Source: Sphaerodactylus townsendi
Taxonomy: Eukaryota
Assembly: GCF_021028975.2 (NCBI RefSeq)
Contig: NC_059435.1
Span: forward strand, 44,826,001-44,890,000
DNA length: 64,000 nt
Direction of reading: 5' to 3'
A program made the translations under genes and the position numbers. This document shows, piece by piece, positions 13,235-25,039 of this stretch. The notes beneath the pieces were generated by a model. That model did no database searches. It was not told the origin of the DNA and saw only the letters and a program-made list of their open reading frames with translations. Position 1 is the first letter of the stretch, and each line of letters starts with the position of its first letter.

Positions 13235-13638
13235 AGGGTTGCCAGGCCCCCACCGAGAGTAGGGGATCCTCTGCTCCCCCTGGCATTGATAAGTTGGCTG
13301 GCAAGAGACTTACCAGTGGCAAAAGAAGACCTGAGACTGGGTTGCTGGCAACATAGTGATGTCACTTTCAGTGTGAACCGAACGTGATGTCATTACATCA
13401 TTGGCAACAAAAGGATGCTCTGGTAATTGGGCAAATAATCTATGGAAAAATGACTTCTACAATAGAATTTTACCAGTGGCCCCCCCCCCCCCCCCGGCTT
13501 TTGATATTACAGCATCACTTTCAGTTTACACCAGAGGTTGTGTTGCAGCTTCACCAGCAATGCCAGTTTAGGTCTCTCTTTGCTCCCAGTAATTTCTTCC
13601 CACCCTCCACTGGTTGACAGGGGGTGCCTGGCAGCCCT
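13235..13638. mobile_element. Old hAT-like non-autonomous element
   Basis: TIR-like ends AGGGTTGCCAGG / CCTGGCAGCCCT and partial internal symmetry. Confidence 0.5.
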
Positions 13639-14666
13639 GTTATACAGTATCTATGGGTGTCACGTTGGGGAACTCTGCTGCAGTCGATGTTCTGTGTTTG
13701 ATGTCAACATTATAAATTTATGACTGCTGTTAGACTGTCTATTCAGAAGAGGTGAAAATACTCTTCTTGCTGCTGTCTTATGAATAGCTACAACTAAAAA
13801 AGTGTTTGCTCAGTTTGATGCAGCTAGTACTTGAGAAAGCAGCAGAGGTACTTGAACACCAAGAGCTTTTCAGGGGCTGCCAGTAAGTTACTCCACTTTG
13901 GGGCTACTGAGGTCATTTATATATGCCAGAAATGAACACACCAGTTTCATAATTACTTGTTTGAAAGTCTAACTCTTCACAGCGTTAAGTGGGAATGCTC
14001 ATTCAATTAAATTAAAGGTAAACAAAGCACTTTTCAAATATAAAGCCAAACGTTTGAAGGAATTGCTGCTCTGTTTTTAACTTGGATGTCAAGAATTAAA
14101 AATTAAATCCAGATTTGCCATGAAAGGAGGTGAATCCCCAACGAAGCTGTACAACCCCTCGCTGTTTGCTTAGGGCTCTCCTCTCTCCTTCTCAGCTTGT
14201 TCTCGTGAGTTTAATCAGGATTCTATCGAACCTGGAAGAGAAAGAACCCTGCCCCTTCCTAAGTTACCCTATCCTTCTGAACAAGGGGGAATGAAGAAGA
14301 AACCACAAAGTATTCCCTAGCCTTGAAGGCTGTCTCCACTCAAATGTCCAGTAGTAGGTGGGGTGCAATGGCTGTATCAGATACGGCCAAGCCTGGTCTT
14401 AGGATAAGGGTATGAAATATGCCTAATAAAGGTTGTTGTATTGTGATAAGGGTATGTTGCACATAAGCTGTAGGGTGTGTAAGCTTGCCAGTAACAATTT
14501 AAGTGTAGAAGAACAGCGCACAGCTTCTGAGCTATGGTTTGGCCAGCGCCAATGAAATTCACTTTTTGCTGACTTATGCAAACATATCCATGTCCCTGCA
14601 CTGGACACATTAACCATAAGGAGACCACTGGTGCTTTTAGACAAAAAGTTATAAGACATTTCTTAC

Positions 14667-14747
14667 CTGCTGGTCTTTGTTCAATGTTAAACAAGCACAG
14701 GAGACAGAGAACTGTATAATAAACACTAACAAGAGAATAATCATGTA
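14667..14747 (-). CDS. TSPAN13: TSPAN13 exon 3 ([27 protein letters not shown])
   Basis: tttcag|TAC ATG...CAG CAG|gtaaga. 81 bp, TM3. Confidence 0.96.
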
Positions 14748-15116
14748 CTGAAATCACTCTGTTAAGGAAATCAACATTGCACTTTCACAAGCAAGATGCA
14801 TATCACAAAACCAAAGTAAACCAATTCACAGGAAAAAATTAGAATTCTTGCCACAAATCCTGGTTTGGATTTCGTTCCAATTAGACATGTATCTACTGAA
14901 TAGGTCCAGGTGAGGTAGCTATTTTAAAATGCACAATTTTAAAATGCCTTTAATGGTAGCAGGCAGAGGAAGAAATCTGTGGACTATTACCCACAGGGAA
15001 GTGTTCCTATCTCAATATTCTTGCTCAATATTCACATTACACAAAAGTGCTCTCTGACAGGCTGTGCCCCATTTCATTAATAGATTGAGATGTCATTTGG
15101 ATGTTGCAATTCACTC

Positions 15117-15646
15117 GTGGCAGAGCTACAAGGGGACGGACCCAGGACGGCTTTGCACAGGGCAAAGCAAGACGCCTGCTTGGGCGCAAAAGGGCTGATT
15201 CACCCCAGGCATTTTTTTTAGCTGTACTGTGAATAGAGCCAGAATCCCCCCTTCATCCGGCACCCCCACTTCCCACACTTACCTTAGTTCCTTTCCTTTT
15301 CCTAAAACTTTTTCAAGCTGAAAAAAAAACCTGTTCACAGTGCAGGCTAAAAACAGCCTGAGGAACTACAGTTCCCAGGAGACCTTGGGGCTCACAAGTC
15401 TCTTGGGAAGCATAGTTCCCATCAGGCCGTTTTTAAGCCTGAACTGCGAATAGGCCTTTTTTTCAGCCTGAAAAAGTTCTAGGAAAAGGAAAGGAACTAA
15501 GGTAAGCATGGGAAGTGGGGGTGCCGTGGGGGAAGGGGGAGGGCCTGTTCACAGTACAGGCTAAAAAATGCCTGGGGTGAATTTTTGTGGGTGGGCGGAA
15601 AATATAGACTGTGCACCGAGCACAGTTTGGCCCAGCTACGCCTCTG
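15117..15646. mobile_element. hAT (Tip100-like) non-autonomous element with long internal inverted repeat
   Basis: Ends gtggcagagcta / agctacgcctctg. Degenerate 8-bp TSD attcactc/cctcactc. Inverted arms at about 15198-15385 and 15392-15582. Confidence 0.7.
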
Positions 15647-17566
15647 CCTCACTCCTCAGATGACTTCACAAACACCTAGTTTAAATGATGGCAATATAAT
15701 TGCTCTGGTTTGCTTGTAGAATTTCGTATGTATGACATTGTGATAGATTTTTCAGATAGATTTTTCAGATAGACAAAAGGTGTAGTCTAAGCTTGTAACT
15801 GCAAAAGCAAAATTAATTGTGTCTTCAGCTGAAACTCTTTCACTGACCTCAAATACATTGTTGAACACCATTTCTTAATGTTCAGTCCTTAGTGGTGATC
15901 AGGGGTTATGCAAATTTTAATGCTAAGCAGCATGATCAAGTCTGCCAACTTACCCTTATTTAGAGCTCAATGCTTTAGTTCTTTTCATGCTTATTTCTCA
16001 GTTAGAATCCTTTGCCTGACTGTTTTCTCATATTACTGAAGTTGACGTGAGATTCTTAAGCTTCCATTCCTGGACGCGCTTCTCATAGCCCCCAACAAAA
16101 TGGAACTAGCTTTCAAAAATAGGGAGATATTTGTTGCCAACATCTTTACTTCAGCAGAAGGGTCTTGTTTCTGGCTGAATGGTACAGGTACAGTCTCACA
16201 GAAAACATTCCATATACAATACAGGCTGCAGAAGAAACAGTGTTCTGGGCTGCTTTTTTGCTTCTCTTCTGCAGCACACAGGGAACCTATTTAAGGTCCC
16301 TGGAGAGTCTATTTATGAAATCACAGTAAAGCACCATCATTTGGAAGTCATGTCTGAGGCGGTTAGCACATCAGGAGACCTCATTCAAGTTCTAGTTGAG
16401 TTCTACACTTCAGAGAACAACTTACCTGCTTCAGAGAGCTCCTATTTCAATACAGGAAAATACCAAGATCTAAAGGATGGGAGCCATGAGAAACATGATC
16501 AAGCAGAGCCTTGCCAGACAATATTAATAAGCTTCCAGCATTTGCTGTATAAACATTACCTGCTTTCAGTGACTTAATAGAGAAGGTAATCTGAGCAAAT
16601 CTAAGATTGTGGTGGGGAAGGATTAAATCTTCATTTTCACTGTTCCAGAATGTTCACTGTATTAGTTCAATCCCAAATCCTTACAACTTATTTTTAAAAT
16701 ATTTTAAAGAGTTAATAAATATATGCCTAACTCTTCAGTTCAGGGTGGATTTGATTTAAATCAATTTACATTGATAATTAGTAAGACTAGACTTAAACTA
16801 TGGTTTTCTACATAAAGACTTGTTCTGGCTGGTATTATTGTAATATTTACAATCAGATGAAGGTTTCATTTTTAGAATAACAACACTTCAGATTAGTTTT
16901 ACAGTTATATCAAGGGTAATGCCTATGGGTGAAAAAAAACAGAGAGGGGCATAACTACCACTACCCCTTCTCAAGCTGAAGTCTATTTAGTTTCTTATAA
17001 TAGCACAGCTAACTTTTACTCAGAGCTAGCTAAAACTAACCCTCCCCCCCCCCAAGAAAACATTTTCTTGAAAAGTTGCCCAGAGTTATTGGGGAGTGGT
17101 GGAACAGGGGAAATAATGTTGAGCTGCCCTAGCAATGGCCCACATTGTTCTCCATTGACCTGGAAGAAAATGCCAGATTACTCTGTTTTACAATTTCTTG
17201 CAACCATTTTCTTCCTGGCTTCACCCAGCTAAAATGTCTGTAGCAAAACTCCACCCCAAACGGCACATGTATTTGAGACTGAAGCAGCCATTTGGGTTTC
17301 CAGGCAGTTGATACCTGCTGAAAATGCCAGCAGAATGGATCATTCAGCAGAACATCAAAGGAGGTGTGAACAACATCATTCACAATGAGGAAACATTAGA
17401 TTCCAATGTGCATGTTTGCATTTATTATATTTAGTTATCCTGGCTTTTAAAACTTGTGTGCTCTAACAACATTAAGGTAGGATGCAAATCACCTAAATTA
17501 AGAGAATAAATAAAATGCTCCATTGCCCAATTGGATAACATTTAGTTCACTAAATATTTCCATTAT

Positions 17567-17678
17567 GATCCTCTGAAGTTGCCAGCCACAGATGCAGGCA
17601 AAACATCAATGCTATTAGAACAGCCCGGAAACCATACAACACCCCAGTGATTCTGGCCATGAAAGTCTTCAACAATAC
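17567..17678 (+). mobile_element. Penelope-like element 3' fragment with 13-bp TSD
   Basis: ctctgaagttgccagccacagatgcaggcaaaac...gaaagtcttcaacaatac, flanked by atatttccattat (17554) and atatttccatcat (17679). Confidence 0.7.
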
Positions 17679-19547
17679 ATATTTCCATCATATTTGTCTA
17701 ACATATTGGTGTCTCTCCTCATCTCCTTAGACTCAAAGTAGCTAACACAGCAACAGCATACAGGTTAAAAGCACCACCATCTGCTGAAACAGTTTAGCTG
17801 CCACTAAATACTCCTTAAAATTAAATTTTCATGAGTCTTCATAAATGCAGCCTGTAAAGACATCCTTTGCGCACACTCTGACCTAACTATTTCCATAGAG
17901 TCAGTTCTAAGAGATGACATCTGCTAGCCTAGCACTGCAACCCCTAATTTCTATGAATTTATGCTGAAATAGCTGTGCATTGGATTGCACTGTTCATTAG
18001 TTACTTCACAGTAAAATCTCTCCCACATATGAAGTCGCAAAAAAAAAAAAGGCTGGACTAACTGCTCAATCCAGAGCTGTTGGGCAAATGAAGACAGCAC
18101 TGCCCGAAACCTTAAGAATCCTCCAATGGTGGAAAGCAGAGATTTCGTGATGTATCTCCAATTTTCATGGCATATCTGATATTTTCATGGCACATCTGCC
18201 AGCACAAGGAATCTAAAGGGGCAGTGCAAACTGAACAGGCGAGAATGGGAGGTGGGGGGTATCAGTGGGGCCAGTTGGCATGGGTCTGTGATTCTGAGGA
18301 GGCCTACTCCAAGAGAGTTAAGGGGCATCCTTTAGCTAAATTTAAGTGACAATTCATGGAAAACAAGAAGGTACAAACAAAATTGACATGATGTTTGATG
18401 TTGTTATACCAGAGCCTCCTAGGTCATGATTTTCAAGCAGCTCCGTAGCAGCTACAGTTCTATTTCTTTTATTCTATTACTTGTGAGTATAGCATACACC
18501 ACATATATCCATATATAAATCATATGTATGTAGAATTACAAAATTACAAAAGTTCAGTATGAAATGGGGCCTACATTTCCCATCTGGCACTGACCTATAT
18601 TCAGCTCTACACAACCCGGAAGCCAATTAAGGTCGGCCCCACCACCAGGAATGCCCCCGCCATGCCAATGCAGTCCGGGAGTGCCAACATGGAGCTAGGC
18701 ATCACAGCTGGGTGTCCCAGGGCACCACAGCAGCTGGGCGCCAGTTGGTTTGCCCCTCTGATGAGCTAAGTGCCTCAGGGAGAGAAAATCCACTGGCGCC
18801 GTCTCCAGATGAGGTTTCAGACTGGATTGAGATGTAAGAACTTTGTTGAAACTAAATCAGATTTAAAAATTCAATATTAATACCAATTAAAAAACTATGC
18901 AGACGATTTCTGAGAAGCTAAAGAATAAAGTCACTCCCCTGCACTCCATATCCATGATTTGTTACAATTTCAAGGGAGAAGAAATTCAACCGATGCAACA
19001 TCTGTCTATAATCACCACAAAGAATCACGTTGCACCAACCGCTATTTATAATATATCATGTGAAACAAACTACCGTGATATATTGAAGTGCAATTATACA
19101 ACAATTCTATTACTATAAAGGTTCAAAAGAATATCAATATTGCAAGTCCTTCTTAAGGTAACAATATGAACATCTCAAGTCGTTCTTAAAGAAACAATGT
19201 GTTTAGAAGCCTTATAAATCCAGTCTTAGATTTCTTGAGAATCATGCAGGTCCGTCTTGAACGGAATACAATGTCAAGGGAACCAGTTATACCACCAGAG
19301 TCTTGTGACTGTAACAGACGGAAAAATGTTTGCTGTACCACACAATGTCATAATTGGGTCAAGGGCCAGCTGGTTAATGTGTTCCTTGTACTTTAGATGA
19401 GCTCACCGGAACAAGCTTTGCTTGTTTCAACAAATACCAACAGCATCTGAGACAGGTGAAGGGGAACAGATAAGACGAGGATTTAAAGTAGTTCCCAACA
19501 TAAGGGCAGGGGGTTGTGGGTGACAAAATTCCCAAGTGAAAGGATAC

Positions 19548-19715
19548 AAAGAACAGCAACACCTGATGGTGCTTCACAGCTCCAATCAATCCCACCAGAG
19601 CAATCAGGAACAGAAATATCCCCACTGCAATTGCTACTCCGACAACCCGGAAACTGGATATGAGGCCAAAACCTATGCCCCATGCTGCAATTCCAATCAG
19701 CAACAAGCTGACTAG
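19548..19715 (-). CDS. TSPAN13: TSPAN13 exon 2 ([56 protein letters not shown])
   Basis: ttctag|CTA GTC...TTC TTT|gtatcc. 168 bp, TM1 end and TM2. Confidence 0.97.
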
Positions 19716-22700
19716 CTAGAAGGAAAACAAAAAAGAAAGTCAGTGACAAAACCAGGATTTTTTTAAAAAAATACAAGTATATACTTATGATTTTGTACAC
19801 TCTTGTTTGAGAATAGTTTCATAGAACTCAATGAAATTTACTTCTAAGTATGCACAGGGCAACAATTCTTTCTTTTTGGAAATTTGCATGAAAATATATC
19901 CTACTTATATAAGTTCCAAATCAATAAATAAATAAAAATGAAAAAGTAGAATCTCTTATGTAATTGTTTTTCTCATTTAACATGGGTTTGCACTAGAAAT
20001 TTCTACTCCAAGTAAATAACTATTCAACAGGCTGCAGGGGCAATTAAAAACTGCAACTGTAAACAGTTAGCTGAAAAAGGGTTATAGTTCTTTTTTGGGT
20101 CACCCCTTTTGCTACAAATAACTCAGTAACTATCTGTATGTGCAAATTATTTTCAAGGCTTACATGTAGCCTGGATGCATGAATAATCTGGGTTTATTTA
20201 AGTAAGAAGGAGCTAGCAAGTCAAGATTAGTAGTTCTGGCACTCATGAGCGACTGTAAATTAGTGTTTTCAATTCACAGCCACAAATCTGTGCAGGAAAC
20301 TTTAGTGGCATAAACAGCCTGAGAATTCTCACCCAGCAGAAGCATATGGCTGCTGACATTCCAATATACTGTCTTCGTCTGATGATGGAACAGACGCAAC
20401 CCGTCAAGAAAGATGTCCCATTTATAAGAACTGCTTGTCAAACACTGCTGATTTGAAGGCAGTCTTTACTATCACCATGCACCTATCATATGAATTTGAT
20501 CTTCAATACAAGTATGAAAACACTGACTTAGTCTTTGCTTTCTAAGATGGTTTTTGGACTGGGCAGATATGACTCAGCAAGATGCTAGGAAATCATGTTT
20601 AAAGTTCAGGAAAGGCAGGACTTTCCTGTGTTTATCTAAAAGCCAGGACAGATTCCCAGGCACAATAAATCACCTACATCTGTACTACAAATGAAAGGGA
20701 AAATATCAGGTCAACAATGATGTGAGAAACAAAAGAAAAACCCCTTAGTTTGTGGAAGCTCTCTGGCCTGGTTGCTGCACTAAATTGTGCTGCAATCAAA
20801 GTTATCTACAGTAAATATCAGTGTAATTAGCTCATGTAGAAGAGTTTTTTGTTCTTAAAAGTTTATCAAAAGCAGAAATATTTTCCTAATGCTTCTAGTT
20901 CATACTTAAATGGGACCAGAAGATACAGAGGCAGCAACCCTACTGATAAGAAGGACGTCTGGGACTGGCTGATAACTCGATAGAAAATCTTCCAAGGAAC
21001 CTTATATATATATATTACCTTGAATTTCCAAGATGAAAGGTGCAATGTAAAATTAATAATTAATTCCACACAGAAATACCACTACTGTGGGCTCACTTTA
21101 AAAGCATATGGAATCTAGATCTACAGTTTCAACTTTCCTTAGGCAACAAGCTGTCTATGAAGAGATCTTCATCTAGATTCCATATGTTGACATTATGATT
21201 TTAGGCAGCCCAGCTGAGCCTGTCAGGGGCAGTTGAGATTTAGTGAATGAGCAGACCAATTTGTCCACTCAGAAATTATAAGCCAGGTCAGACCAAATGT
21301 GAATTAAATGGAACCCAAAGCCCTAAGGGATTATAATGACACATTGGACAAAATGCAGCGAGGAAAGCCTGGATTGGCTCCTTTATACAGGAGCTTCTCT
21401 TTCTATGCAGGTAACATGGAATATCACCTCAAGGAAAATTCTCTGCTCAAAGGCTGGGAAATCTTCTGTCACAGTGATAAAGCAGGTCTCCTTATCCTTG
21501 CAGACAGGGCCTGCATGGTCATAGGCTTCTTTGGCCATAGTCTTCGGCTGTGTCTTCTGAAAATATTCTGAGGTGAGACCATCCCAGTCCACAACAAATT
21601 TCAGTGCATGGAAATTGCGAAGGCCACTAATGTAAATCACAAGTCCTACAAGATTCTTAAATGTGATTGAACTGCCGATGTATTAACTGGTTAAATATTG
21701 TCAACTGGTCATTGGTTATATTACATGGTCAAATAAAGCAAAGAATTTCCTTGTATAAGCAATCAATTCCTCTAATTACATCATAGTATCAGTTTGACAG
21801 GAGTCAAGGTATATACTTAGACCTGGATCTCAAATGCAGAAGAACTAAAGAAAAATGAGATGGTAGATTCTGAGGGAGGTAGATTCTACGTTTGACTATT
21901 CTTCAGTAAAGAGAAAACACTTCAGACCAAGAAAAAAACTCACACAACATGTACTAGCTCACCTTGGCTTCTTGTACTAGCTTTTTAGCTGCCAGGAGTC
22001 CTCACCATGGGGGAATGTACCAAAACACGCTCCTCAACCTTCAGTATAAAGTAGTGTAGCCCATCTGACTACCTGACCTTCCTGAGGTGTATTTATTCAA
22101 TTGATTTTATTGAGCAGCCCAACAAGAGGAGTGTTAAAATTAATATGCAACAGAGTTGCTTATACCTTTACTGTAGTATGCTTCAAGTTCTGCAGTTTGC
22201 TACTCTCTAAATATCCAGATAAGCAGGTTGCTTGCTATAGAAAGACACAAAGGTACTAACCAGTTATGTTTCAGCTACTGGCTCTATCCATTATTGATGT
22301 CCATGTTTTACCTACCTGCGCACAGCAGCAGCCTGCACGATTATGTTACAGTACTGCATAAGTTCACTGGGAGAAGATGATGAAATTCAGAGACCCCCCA
22401 CTCCTTGATGAACTATCACCGTACTATAAGGACTACCCCTCACACTGTTTGGGCAACATAAGGCTGAAAACTCAGGAACCCAAACCAAGCAGATATTTAG
22501 AGCAGCCTTTTTTAAAAGGTGACAGTGACATAGTACATGATCTGAAAGTTGCTCTCTGAAATTACTTGAAGGAGAACAAACTATTGTGTCCTATACAAAC
22601 TGGTCAGTGGGTTATCTCAGGCCTAAGTTTCTACTTGTGATTGATGACTAATTGCCACTCCTTAGAAGAAGGAAATAAAAATTAGGTAAGTAAATCAAAA

Positions 22701-22739
22701 TACTGTTTAGAATGTTAATGTCAAATTTTAACTGCCAAG

Positions 22740-22868
22740 GGCCCCTTCCGCACATGCAGAATAATGAACTTTCAATCCATTTTCAGCTGTGCAGAATAGT
22801 AAAATCCACTTGAAAACAATTGTGAACGTGGATTGAAAGTGCATTATTCTGCATGTGTGGAAGGGGCC
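22740..22868. mobile_element. Palindromic PIF/Harbinger-like MITE
   Basis: About 40-bp TIRs ggccccttccgcacatgcagaataatg.../...cattattctgcatgtgtggaaggggcc. 3-bp TSD AAG. Confidence 0.8.
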
Positions 22869-23246
22869 AAGGTCTTCAATAAGAACCTCTAAATGCCTAG
22901 AAGGCTTTTCAGTTTTCAGCACTATTCAGACCTCTTTGTTATTAGTTTATTTGATCTCATTGACAGTGACTACAGTGTCCCTAGCCCAAGAAAACAAGGA
23001 CACATGATCAAACTGACATGTGTAGCATATACCTTGCATAATTACTCTACAGATGAGAATAAATACATGTTTTCCACTGCAACTTCCTAGCTCATGTAAA
23101 GGTGTCACATAACAGGACTGTTAAAATCATATACCTGTGACCAAACACGTAATATTATCTTCAGGCATCACAACATACATTACAGGATAACTTGATCAGA
23201 TTTTCCTTTCAAACAGCATAACCAAGTTAAGCTTAACTACCTAGGA

Positions 23247-23753
23247 CAGTGATGGCGAACCTTTTTGAGACCAAACTGCAACCCAAAACCCACTTATTTA
23301 TCGCAAAGTGCCAACACGGCAATTTAACCTGAATACTGAGGTTTTAGTTTTGGAAAAATGGTTGGCTCTGAGGCGTGCGTTACTCGGGAGTAAGCTTGGT
23401 GGTAGTTGTTGGCTTTGCTTTGAAGCAACTCTTCGAACGGGTGACCCTAGGAGGGTTTGCTCAGAAGAAAGCCTATTGCCAGCAACTGAGCTTACTCCCA
23501 GGTAAAGGATCGTGTTTTAGTTCTTTGCATGAAAATCAGTGGGGTTTAACAGCGCTTAACAGGGTTACCTATGCTGCTTCCCCAAAACCAGGTCTTAGGT
23601 TTAATGCTAATAATCGAGCCCAGCGGCCCAGGCCAGCCTAGATGTGGGGTGGTGGTGGCCAATTTCCCCCCCACCTGATGAACTTTGTGCGTGGCCACAG
23701 AGAGGGCTCTGAGTGCCACCTCTGGCACCCGTGCCATAGGTTCGCCATCACTG
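23247..23753 (+). mobile_element. hAT non-autonomous DNA transposon (about 510 bp)
   Basis: TIR CAGTGATGGCGAACCT at both ends. 8-bp TSD acctagga/acatagga. Second copy at 52201-52716. Confidence 0.9.
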
Positions 23754-23808
23754 ACATAGGATATCTGTTAACAGGTGAAGTTATAGTGTTGCATAATGCA
23801 ATTAGTGT

Positions 23809-24087
23809 ATTGTCGAAGGCTTTCACGGATGGATTCAACTAGTTCTGGTGGGTTTTCCGGGCTGTGTGGCTGTGGTCTGGTGGATCTTGTTCCTAACGTT
23901 TTGCCTGCATCTATGGCTGGCATCTTCAGAGATGTATCACAGTCTGTCTGTGATAAATTATCACAGGAAGTCTGTGACTTCCCTCTGTGATACATCTCTG
24001 AAGATGCCAGCCACAGATGCAGGCAAAATATTAGGAACAAGATCCACCAGACCACGGCCATCCAGCCCGAAAAACCCACCAGAACCA
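23809..24087. mobile_element. Penelope-like element insertion: inverted pair of terminal segments with 14-bp TSD
   Basis: 101-bp inverted arms 23842-23942 and 23985-24085. TSD aatgcaattagtgt (23795) / aatgcaaatagtgt (24088). Decayed CTGAAGA...GGC(A)AAA hammerhead in each arm. Confidence 0.8.
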
Positions 24088-24320
24088 AATGCAAATAGTG
24101 TTTTTTTAAGTTCCCTATCATATAAGAAGTCACCATTAGGTATATCCCAGGCATATACATCCCAGGCATAAACAAGGATAGCCTGTGAAACAGGAGAAAG
24201 CTGTGACCAAAGGGAATGCATGAATGGGATCTGTAGAGCATTTCAGACTCAAAAGATATATATGGAAATTACAGCATCCCTAGAGCAGAACTTGAAATAT
24301 ACAAGAAGGCGTCACTTGTA

Positions 24321-24485
24321 GGTGTGGCTCAGTAGCAGTATCTGCTTTGCATACAGAAAGTCCCAGGTTCAAGTCCTTGCATCGCCATTTAAAAGTATCA
24401 GGTGATGCAAAAGGCCTCACAACCTGAGGAGAGAGACCCTTGAGAATCACTGCTATTGACCTCAACAGGCTAATGTCTGACTCAG
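24321..24485 (+). mobile_element. tRNA-derived SINE, degenerate
   Basis: A-box-like tggctcagtag and B-box ggttcaagtcc. Related copies near 45120 (+), 44490 (-) and 49930 (-). Confidence 0.65.
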
Positions 24486-25039
24486 CCAATTTCATTTTTT
24501 TCTCACCTTTCAAGCAAATATTTAAAAATAAAAATGCTGTAGACAGCATACAAGCTTTCTTGCTTGAACTTTGGATATCCATTACTTTTCAAATCCTTTG
24601 GCCACTATGCAGTCTAAATGGGAAATACAGGTATCTTAACAGATTTACACCTGACCAGTAAAAACAAACAAGCAAACTGTTTTGTGTGCATGAGAGCAGG
24701 GAAGCTTCCTTAACAATCCTCTTTGAGGGATGGAATGCAATCTGTTATCTTTCCCCATTATAACTCTTCTCCTGGAGCAAAGGCAAAAGATAAAACAAAG
24801 GTGAACCAGCTCATTTAATCCTTCTGATTTTTTTTTTAATTAAGAAACCCTATCATGATTTGATGATGGGGCATTTTGGAAGACATTAATTTATAGGATC
24901 CCTATAAGTTGGAAACGGCTTGAGGGTACTCAACACATGCTTCATGACATGATAAAGCAGCCACATGATAAAGAACCTTACTTATAATTAAGATTAAGGA
25001 AGTTTTCTCAGGTAAATATTTTCAACCTGGACGTTTGGT

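Larger units (their letters stand above)
14748..19547 (-). other. U12-type (minor spliceosome) GT-AG intron 2 of TSPAN13
   Basis: 5' splice site |GTATCCTTT (19547-19539). Branch site TTTCCTTAAC (14770-14761) 13 nt before the exon. No polypyrimidine tract. Confidence 0.93.

Noticed and set aside
20379-20416. CTGATGA...GAAA motif
   Set aside because: Stems do not close in hammerhead register; likely chance.
24321-24385. tRNA-like A and B boxes
   Set aside because: No complete cloverleaf. It continues into a SINE body, with several degenerate copies in the window.
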